From positions 37,227-101,226 of the forward strand of contig JACRBG010000011.1 of assembly GCA_016234595.1 (NCBI GenBank): 64,000 nucleotides of DNA. Reading direction: 5' to 3'. Shown piece after piece: positions 18,923 through 26,465 of this stretch. Position 1 is the first letter of the stretch, and the number at the start of each line of letters is the position of its first letter. The notes beneath the pieces are model-generated. The model made no database searches, was not told the DNA's origin, and saw only the letters and a list, made by a program, of their open reading frames with translations. A program made the translations under genes and the position numbers. This stretch comes from Chloroflexota bacterium (lineage in GTDB: Bacteria; Chloroflexota; Anaerolineae; Aggregatilineales; J027).

Positions 18923-20137
18923 ATGAAAACCGAAGAGCCGGGTGTCCCTGAGTCCTTTGAGCAAGAAGTACGCGAGTGCTTGGCGCATCTGTACGATTTT
19001 ACGGCCATGCAGAGTGACCCTTTGGTACACAAACTGGCCCCGCATCTCAGTGGCTTGGAACGAATTCAAACCGCCCGTAAAATCCTTGTCGAGACAATTG
19101 AACGGTTGAACGAAGCAGAACGGGCTAATTTACAATCCCGGCAATCACGGCTTTATAATATTTTGCTGCTGCGGTACATTGAAGAGCATTCTACCCCCAC
19201 CGTTTTACAACAATTGGCTCTCAGCGAACGCCAATACTATCGTGAATTGCAGCGGGCTATTTGGATTTTGAGCCAGTTGCTCTGGGAACGGATTGCCCAA
19301 ACGCCGAGTAGCCCCGAACCGGCTCATTTGGATTCTATTTCGGTGCAATCGGAAATTGAGCGGGCCTATCAATTGGCGAGCACTGTTGAGACCAACTTGG
19401 CGACGTTTATTGCTACGGTGATGCATTCAATTGGCCCCCTTGCCGAACAGCACCAAGTTGCCATTCAAAGTGATGTGGCTGACCCGGCTATCATCGTCAA
19501 TATCCCACAGGCCTCATTAAAGCAGGCGGTTTTGTATATCATCAATGAAATACTCAAAGTCATGCGGACGGGTGGAGAGATTATTTTAGGCGCGTCACGG
19601 ATTAAGGCCGAGACCCAAATTAGTTTGATGGTCGCCGCTAATGACTATGATCTCGCTGCTATTCAAACCAGTCTTGAGGCTGATAAAACGGTGGAATATT
19701 TGGTGGGGGCGGTGGGGGCCAAGCTATTATTTGAGCAGGCTGAACCGGATGGATTGATTGTCCATTTAAGACTGCCCCATTATCAGAAAAATATTTTGGT
19801 GATTGATGATAACCCTGACTTTATTGCTTTGGTGGAGCGGTATCTTACTAACTCTAGCTATACGGTTTTAGGTATACAAGATGGCTTTGAGGGCATTCAA
19901 CTTTCTCAAAAATTACAGCCCCTTGCCATTATTTTGGATGTGATGATGCCAGAATATGACGGTTGGGATGTTTTGCAGCATCTTAAAAATCACCCCGATA
20001 CCCAACATATCCCTATTTTAGTGTGTTCGGTGTTGGACATTCCCGAATTGGCCCTTTCGTTGGGGGCGGATAATTATCTTAAAAAACCACCGGGCCGAGT
20101 GGACTTGCTTACGATCTTGGCGCAGTTGGAATTATAA
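18923..20137 (+). CDS. Response regulator with N-terminal HTH-like region and C-terminal receiver domain
   Basis: C-terminal ILVIDDN...IILDVMMP...DGWDVL...YLKKP; N-terminal VLQQLALSERQYYRELQRA. Confidence 0.85.
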   Translation: MKTEEPGVPESFEQEVRECLAHLYDFTAMQSDPLVHKLAPHLSGLERIQTARKILVETIERLNEAERANLQSRQSRLYNILLLRYIEEHSTPTVLQQLALSERQYYRELQRAIWILSQLLWERIAQTPSSPEPAHLDSISVQSEIERAYQLASTVETNLATFIATVMHSIGPLAEQHQVAIQSDVADPAIIVNIPQASLKQAVLYIINEILKVMRTGGEIILGASRIKAETQISLMVAANDYDLAAIQTSLEADKTVEYLVGAVGAKLLFEQAEPDGLIVHLRLPHYQKNILVIDDNPDFIALVERYLTNSSYTVLGIQDGFEGIQLSQKLQPLAIILDVMMPEYDGWDVLQHLKNHPDTQHIPILVCSVLDIPELALSLGADNYLKKPPGRVDLLTILAQLEL

Positions 20138-22277
20138 GATTGCTGGCTAAGGCCTCGATACAACTGACCAGCTCGATTGGCTGGAAGCCAATTTCGCGTT
20201 GAATTGTAATTTTCCCCGCAACAGATTGAGTAATGGCTTCGGTTGCTCCTCGCGCTGATACTACAATAACCGGAATATCTTTTAGGAATGGGTCGGCTTT
20301 CATATGCTCGATTACGGTAAAACCGTCTACATCAGGCATCAGAATGTCCAATACCACCACATCGGGCGGGTCTTGGCGCATGACATCGAGGCCGGCCAGC
20401 CCACCAGAAGCAGTGTTGACAGTGTATTTTTGTTTGGCCGTTTGCAAAAAGCGCGTGAGCATTCGCAAAACATCCCAATCGTCATCCACAATCAAGACCT
20501 TTTCAAGATCGTTGCCTATATGGTCAAGGGCATCTGAGATGGCTTGGCGGGAAACGGGTTTGACCAAATAATCGGATAGGCCGATGGCTTGAACAGCGCG
20601 TCGTCCGCTTGGCATAGGGCACTTGATAAAGGCTGTTTCGGGGCTGACATGTTGAATCATGGCTTCAAGGTCTTCGGTTGGCATATGTGCCCCTGCGATG
20701 ACGGCAATTGGATGTAGTTCCACCACTGATTGAATGATACCAGCGGCATCGGTGCAGCCCTTGACATGATGTTCCTGTGAATAGCCTTTAAAAAGCTGAA
20801 GGATGGCGGGGTCATCATCCCATATCAGAATATTGTGGACAATAGTACTGGGTTGGGGGGTATGTTCGGGGTCGTGGAGGGGGTAATAGACGGTATCGGC
20901 TAGTGGTAAGGTAAAGGAACAGGTTGCACCCTTGCCCGGTATACCCTCACTTTCAATCCACATACGGCCACCATGCTGAATAATGAACTGTTTGCTAAGG
21001 GCCAACCCTAAACCTGTGCCGCCATTTTTGCGTGAAAAGTTGCCATCCACCTGATAAAACTCTTCAAATACACGGTTGAGCTCATTGGCCGGAATACCTT
21101 GTCCAGTATCTGACACACTTACGGTCATTACATGTTCATCAATGGTAGCGCTCAATGTAATAGTACCCTCCGTTGTAAATCGGACGGCATTGGCTAGTAG
21201 GTTTAAAATCACCTGCCGAATACGTGTACGATCTATCCGAATACGAGGCAAGCTAGGGGGCAGGTCAACACGAAAGTGAAGTTTTTTGCTTTCGATGAGG
21301 CTACGGGCGATGAGGGCAGCTTCCTCGATCACCTGCTTGGGTTGGCTTTCTTCTTTAATAATGGCTAACTTGGCGGCTTCGATTTGCGAAATATCCAAAA
21401 TGTCGTTGATTAGATTTTGTAGATGGGTGGCATTGCGATAGATGGTTTGAATATCGGGGCGATAGGCCGAGGGCAGTTGAGTCCCATAGGCTTCGGGGGC
21501 CATTGCAATCATTTCGCTAAAACCGACAATAAGATTAATAGGGGTGCGAAGCTCATGGCTGACATTGGCAGCAAATTGGGCCTTTAGCTTACGGGCTTCC
21601 TCTGCCGAATCACGCGCATAACGTAGTTGGGCATTCACATTGCGAAGGTTTTCCTGCGATGACAGTAAGGCTTGGGTCATTTTGGCGAGTTCGGCGCGTT
21701 GTTCACGGGCTTTCCTCATCTGGTCAATCGCATAGAGTTGATAGCGGTTGGAAATATCCAAGGCATGAATTAAGCCGCGCTGACTGAGAAAGCTCGTTGT
21801 CAGGCTAATCCAAATAAAGATAAAAGGGCCAAAGGTTTTTTCATCTAGGCCGTAAAACCGGGCAATGAAAAGCGTGGATAGCATAGCCACGGCTAATTGC
21901 ATGGGTAGGGCGGTCAAATTGCTAGAAAGAATAATGACCACCGCGAGGCCAAATAAAATCAGAGAGTCATGAATGAGTAGCGACCCCATGATCGTAAATA
22001 TCCATATGGTGGTAATCAATAGATAGGGTGTCCAATGGGGGATGGTGCCATTGAGCCACCAAATGACCCCACATAACATCATGAGCAAAATATCGAGCCA
22101 TAGCAGATCACGTGGGGCGTCGGGCAGGAAGGTGATTAGGACAATGGTGGTTAGCCATGTCGCAATATATAGTAGCAGCAGAATGTTTTTAAAAGATTCC
22201 TGCCGAATATCATCAAGGTCGTATAGGGTGTTTGCAAGCGGGACGGGAATATCAATTTTTTGAGGGGAAGCCGCCAT
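20109..22277 (-). CDS. Membrane-bound hybrid sensor histidine kinase (HisKA-HATPase plus two receiver-like domains)
   Basis: NVSHELRTP, NLLANAVRFT, DTGQGI, GGTGLGLA; C-terminal VLIVDDD...VLDILMP. Confidence 0.93.
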   Translation of the reverse strand: MAASPQKIDIPVPLANTLYDLDDIRQESFKNILLLLYIATWLTTIVLITFLPDAPRDLLWLDILLMMLCGVIWWLNGTIPHWTPYLLITTIWIFTIMGSLLIHDSLILFGLAVVIILSSNLTALPMQLAVAMLSTLFIARFYGLDEKTFGPFIFIWISLTTSFLSQRGLIHALDISNRYQLYAIDQMRKAREQRAELAKMTQALLSSQENLRNVNAQLRYARDSAEEARKLKAQFAANVSHELRTPINLIVGFSEMIAMAPEAYGTQLPSAYRPDIQTIYRNATHLQNLINDILDISQIEAAKLAIIKEESQPKQVIEEAALIARSLIESKKLHFRVDLPPSLPRIRIDRTRIRQVILNLLANAVRFTTEGTITLSATIDEHVMTVSVSDTGQGIPANELNRVFEEFYQVDGNFSRKNGGTGLGLALSKQFIIQHGGRMWIESEGIPGKGATCSFTLPLADTVYYPLHDPEHTPQPSTIVHNILIWDDDPAILQLFKGYSQEHHVKGCTDAAGIIQSVVELHPIAVIAGAHMPTEDLEAMIQHVSPETAFIKCPMPSGRRAVQAIGLSDYLVKPVSRQAISDALDHIGNDLEKVLIVDDDWDVLRMLTRFLQTAKQKYTVNTASGGLAGLDVMRQDPPDVVVLDILMPDVDGFTVIEHMKADPFLKDIPVIVVSARGATEAITQSVAGKITIQREIGFQPIELVSCIEALASNLIIPTAPRS

Positions 22278-23721
22278 TCACCAACTCCATGAGATTTTTT
22301 GAATGCCTCACTGCGAAATAGCTGAGACTTAACACAAGACTACCCAATAGCATTATTCCCAGCGACCCATCATGCTCGATGTCCACATTCCAGCGAACAA
22401 AAATGTCTTGGTTGGTGATACCGTAGATGCGATGAATCTCACTCCCATCGGGGCGAATTTGCCAATAAGTGCTGGGTTGAGCGCTGCTGGGTCGGCTTTG
22501 CACAACCAGCCATTCATCGCCATCCCAGTGCCGTAGCTGGATAGGCATATCAAAAGAGTGTAGGGTTTGAATGAGGCCATCACGCAAGCGCACCCGCCGC
22601 AGATTGGATTTGCCAGTTTGATTATCGGCACTGGTAAATAACAGCCACTGGTGATCCGGGGTATAACCCCATATTTGTTCTAAGAATGGGTCAGTCACAA
22701 GATCAGCAATAGCACTGCCATCTAAGGCTACCTGCACCAAGCGAGTTCCGCCATCACGCCGCGCAATGACAGCTTGTTGGTTAGGGGTGAAATCCACAAA
22801 AGCCGCATCTTCTAATATCCAGCGCGGGGTCGCACCATCCGTAGAAGCCAGCGCAAAAAGGCCTGTCATGCTATTGGCATTCTGAATGGTCGAGGCAACT
22901 AAAAGATCGCCGTTTTGTACCCAACCCGAAATATCACTATGGTTAGAAGGTTCAGCAGCACTGAGGGCGGTTAATTGCGAGCCATCGGTTTGCAGGCGAT
23001 ATAAGACGCCATTTCGCACCACCAACATCCATGCTTGGGTAGGCCAACCCCGCAGGACAAAATGCCCCTCGAAATTTTCGGTAAGGTTAGTAATGTCTGT
23101 CCCATCTAGGCGCACGCGATAAACCCCAATATTACTTGCCCCTTGGCGCCGCCCACTAAAGGCTACCCATGTGCCATCGGGTGAAAAAAACAACCCCGGC
23201 CCATTTTGTACCCCGATATAGCCATTAAAGCCGTCCGTTAGATTACGCTGGTCTGTACCATCGGCGCGAATGGCCCATAGACTGGGGCGAAAACCCGCCC
23301 GATTCCATAAAAATAGCAACCATTGGCGGTCGGGAGTCCAGACGATTGTCCCCACTTGAATGCGTTGATCCCCTAATTGTTGCATAGCAGTCCCATCGGG
23401 GTGAATACGATAGAGCCTACCTGTTGGCCTACCCGCAAAATCAAAACGGATTTGAGGGTCTTGTACTTGAAAATATAACCACTCCCCCGCTTTGTCCGAT
23501 GCTGCCCCAACGAAATAGACTAAATTGTGGTCATGGGTCAATCGCTGTGAAATACCGGTACTAGTGCCGACCAGATATAGCCGCCCTTCGCCCTCCCGTT
23601 GCGACAAAATCATGGCCGTATTAGACGGATTGGATAGGGCACGGATGAACATCATCCCGCCACTTGAGACGAGGAGAATCAAAGCAAAAACAGAGCAGAG
23701 TGTCCGCCCTAAAAAAGACAT
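22252..23721 (-). CDS. TolB/PD40-like beta-propeller protein, membrane anchored
   Basis: Repeated W/F-S/T-PDG..(W)L and (I/V)R.DG..(Q)LT motifs; N- and C-terminal hydrophobic segments. Confidence 0.75.
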   Translation of the reverse strand: MSFLGRTLCSVFALILLVSSGGMMFIRALSNPSNTAMILSQREGEGRLYLVGTSTGISQRLTHDHNLVYFVGAASDKAGEWLYFQVQDPQIRFDFAGRPTGRLYRIHPDGTAMQQLGDQRIQVGTIVWTPDRQWLLFLWNRAGFRPSLWAIRADGTDQRNLTDGFNGYIGVQNGPGLFFSPDGTWVAFSGRRQGASNIGVYRVRLDGTDITNLTENFEGHFVLRGWPTQAWMLVVRNGVLYRLQTDGSQLTALSAAEPSNHSDISGWVQNGDLLVASTIQNANSMTGLFALASTDGATPRWILEDAAFVDFTPNQQAVIARRDGGTRLVQVALDGSAIADLVTDPFLEQIWGYTPDHQWLLFTSADNQTGKSNLRRVRLRDGLIQTLHSFDMPIQLRHWDGDEWLVVQSRPSSAQPSTYWQIRPDGSEIHRIYGITNQDIFVRWNVDIEHDGSLGIMLLGSLVLSLSYFAVRHSKNLMELVNGGFPSKN

Positions 23722-24188
23722 CTTTATGACCTCCTAAAAACTGTAACCTTTAATTTTTTCTCTTTTATATCATGCAACAAATTTACTGTCTTAGGCCTGC
23801 CAAACTTGTGCCATGTTGGAAATCTCATCCATATAGACCTATTTGGGTGGGTGGCATAGCTTGTTTATTGAGGATGAGAAAAAAAGTAGACGAGTGCCCA
23901 CAGTGAAACAGACCCTGAACCGCTAACACGCGCTCCCCATCAGGGTCTTGCCCACTTGTTAGAGTCAATAGCCTATCCACAACGATCACAATTGGAGATT
24001 TCGATAACGACTGCCTAGAGAGGGGTTTGGCAGGGAGAGTTTTGAATTCCCCCTGCACCATCTGAAGTCAGCCATTACCAGTGACTTCAATCGGTAGTGT
24101 ACCACACCTTTTGGTACAGCCGATTTTTGAAGGAATCACTGAAGGCAAATCGCAAGTGTATTCGGGGTTTACCATCAGGAGGATAGCT

Positions 24189-25019
24189 ATGACCCCAGTT
24201 TTTGTACTCACCAATCATAAGGGCGGCGTGGGGAAATCTACGTCCGCGACAAATATCGCGTTTGGCATCGCACAGATGCTGGCGCAGTTCGGCGTTGCCA
24301 ATCATCGGGTGCTGTTGATTGACACCGACAGTCAAGGGCACGCCACCCTCGTCACTACCAGTCGGAATGATTTCGGACGTGAGGATAGTCTGTATACCGT
24401 ACTCAATGCTGATCGCAAAGATGCCGCCACTGTATTGAAGCAATGTATTGTGGCAAGCGAATGGGACGCCGATTTGCATGTCCTCCCCGCCTCCCCACTA
24501 CTCGAAGCCGCCGAACGGGAATTAATCGCCGTGCCCGGTGCGCCCTACCGATTATCAGAACCCCTCGCTCAGCTTGCCAGTCACTATGCAGCCATCGTAA
24601 TTGACACCCGCCCTTCCTTCTCCCTACTCACTGAAATGAGTCTAATCGCCGCGACGGATGCGCTTATCCCAATTGAGCCGCGTTATCTAGAAACAGTCGG
24701 TTTGGAATCAGTGGTCAATAAGATTGAGTCCATTCGGCAGGGCTGGCGTTGTCCGGATTTGAAGGTGAGTGGCATCGTCGTCACCAAACTCGACAAACGC
24801 ATGAAGGGCCATGTCGAGATGGTCGAAAGCCTCAAAGCCCATCCGGTACTGGGGCGGTTGCTGTGTGGGGTCATTCCGGCCAACGAAGCAGTGGCCTATG
24901 CCCATCATGCCCATAAAAGCGTGTATGCGTACAACCCCGAATGTCCCGCCAGCCAAGCCTATGCGGTGTTGGCAGCCCGTCTCATCAAAAAAACAATGGC
25001 GATTAGGGGAGGTGCGTGA
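24189..25019 (+). CDS. parA: ParA family partition ATPase
   Basis: Deviant Walker A KGGVGKST, LIDTDSQG, VIDTRPS; ATG 24189 after AGGAGG. Confidence 0.93.
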   Translation: MTPVFVLTNHKGGVGKSTSATNIAFGIAQMLAQFGVANHRVLLIDTDSQGHATLVTTSRNDFGREDSLYTVLNADRKDAATVLKQCIVASEWDADLHVLPASPLLEAAERELIAVPGAPYRLSEPLAQLASHYAAIVIDTRPSFSLLTEMSLIAATDALIPIEPRYLETVGLESVVNKIESIRQGWRCPDLKVSGIVVTKLDKRMKGHVEMVESLKAHPVLGRLLCGVIPANEAVAYAHHAHKSVYAYNPECPASQAYAVLAARLIKKTMAIRGGA

Positions 25020-26224
25020 TGGCAAAAAAAGCCGATACTCCCAATCGGATTAATGCCCTGCTGCAAGATGTGGGGCAGATGATGATTTTGAATGCTGATC
25101 CCGCTGAACGGTTGGATGATAGTCAACTCCGTGTTGAAAACCTGCCCATCCAACTGGTGCGGCCTGATCCGGCCCAACCCCGGCGAGTGTTGCCCGAAGG
25201 GATTTACCAAGCGTTTCACCAAGAACACCTCACGCCGTATCAAGCCCTGAAGGAACTTGTTCAATTGGTGCAAATCGCGGCGCGGCAAAAGGGGCGACCC
25301 TTTACCCATGTGCTCGATTTACTGCCGAATCCGAATGACGAAACTGAGGCGGAAGTCACGACGACACTCTTGCCAGAGGAAACTCTGCTGCGGGATTTGG
25401 TCAACTTGGCCGTGACGATTCGGGATGATGGTCAGGTCAATCCGCTGACCGTGGTGGATAAATCCGAAGGGGTGAGCCACATCTATCAAATTGAGACAGG
25501 CGAACGGCGCTACTGGGCGACATGGCTGATGATGGAATTCCTACCGGGGTATCAAGGCAATGGTTCTATCCCTTGCATCATTGTCCCCTCCAATCGAGCC
25601 TCGGTTTTTCGTCAGGCTAAAGAGAACACCTCGCGGGCTGGTCTGAACGCCATTGCGATGGCACGGCAGGCGGCACTGTTGTTGTTAGCTGTACATGGTA
25701 TTGTGCCACCCCTTGAAGGGCCAATCTCCAACGATTTCTATCGTCTGGCTCTCGAATTTACCCTGAGAGATAAGCGCGACTATGCCAACGATATTCTTGC
25801 CGCGATGGGTGGAATTACCCGTAGCTACTTCAGCTACTACAAATCCTTGTTGCGCCTTTCTGATGACGCGCTGGAATTGGCGGATCGTAACAGCATTGAT
25901 GAAAAGAAACTCCGCTATGTTGTTTCACTGCCGGTGGAAGCTCAGGTTGAAATGGTGCGCCAGATCATAGACTTTGGCTTGACTAGTGCGCAGGTGAAAG
26001 AACTCTGCTCAGATGAAGCAGGGCTGGATAAGTCAGTGGATGATCAATCTCCTAAAAAAGCAAAGCAATTAATCAAACTCATCCGCGCCACAATGGACAC
26101 CACCCCAGCCCAATTTGCACAGGCTTTAGTTGATCAAGAAAAAACCGTGCACATGGCAAAAGCTCGCCTCAATGAGCTTCGTGAGCTGTTTGACGAGGTA
26201 GAGGAATTTCTGAGCAGGCAATAA
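25019..26224 (+). CDS. parB: ParB family partition protein (CTPase N-domain)
   Basis: VRPDPAQPRR, GQVNPLTV, IETGERRYWA (GxxR motif); coupled to the parA stop. Confidence 0.85.
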   Translation: MAKKADTPNRINALLQDVGQMMILNADPAERLDDSQLRVENLPIQLVRPDPAQPRRVLPEGIYQAFHQEHLTPYQALKELVQLVQIAARQKGRPFTHVLDLLPNPNDETEAEVTTTLLPEETLLRDLVNLAVTIRDDGQVNPLTVVDKSEGVSHIYQIETGERRYWATWLMMEFLPGYQGNGSIPCIIVPSNRASVFRQAKENTSRAGLNAIAMARQAALLLLAVHGIVPPLEGPISNDFYRLALEFTLRDKRDYANDILAAMGGITRSYFSYYKSLLRLSDDALELADRNSIDEKKLRYVVSLPVEAQVEMVRQIIDFGLTSAQVKELCSDEAGLDKSVDDQSPKKAKQLIKLIRATMDTTPAQFAQALVDQEKTVHMAKARLNELRELFDEVEEFLSRQ

Positions 26225-26248
26225 ATTGTTGACCCGGGTCAACAATTT
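26223..26248. promoter_or_regulatory. Perfect 26-bp palindrome, candidate parS centromere
   Basis: aaattgttgacccgggtcaacaattt, no spacer, directly at the parB stop codon. Confidence 0.7.
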
Positions 26249-26261
26249 TGAGGAGCAACCC

Positions 26262-26366
26262 ATGACTAACCGATCACGTGACCCGCCGAAAAAAGAAAAA
26301 CCGCCTTACCAGTTAGGGCAGGCGGACAGGTCAGGTCAATCAATTAATCAAAATCAATTGCAATAA
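26262..26366 (+). CDS. 34-aa leader ORF upstream of the replication protein
   Basis: GAGGAG RBS at about 26250-26255; MTNRSRDPPKKEKPPYQLGQADRSGQSINQNQLQ*. Confidence 0.5.
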   Translation: MTNRSRDPPKKEKPPYQLGQADRSGQSINQNQLQ

Positions 26367-26375
26367 ACCGTAGCA
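26288..26375 (-). ncRNA. Predicted counter-transcribed antisense RNA (ctRNA-like, about 85 nt)
   Basis: Minus-strand promoter TTGCAG-N17-TACAAT and terminator CCGCCU-N13-AGGCGG-UUUUUCUUUUUU. Confidence 0.65.
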
Positions 26376-26381
26376 TGTTTC

Positions 26382-26410
26382 ATTGTAATTGGTTCGTGAC
26401 CTGTCTGCAA
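26382..26410 (-). promoter_or_regulatory. sigma70-type promoter of the antisense RNA
   Basis: -35 TTGCAG (26410-26405), 17-nt spacer, -10 TACAAT (26387-26382). Confidence 0.65.
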
Positions 26411-26465
26411 GCACCGTCAACCACTATTTGACATTTGAAAACTTAACCCGGACAGGAGCAACACT

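Noticed and set aside
23825-24061. 78-aa minus-strand ORF and hairpin (agaccctga/tcagggtct) upstream of parA
   Set aside because: No convincing RBS or recognisable motif; could be promoter region or a small gene, but unsupported.
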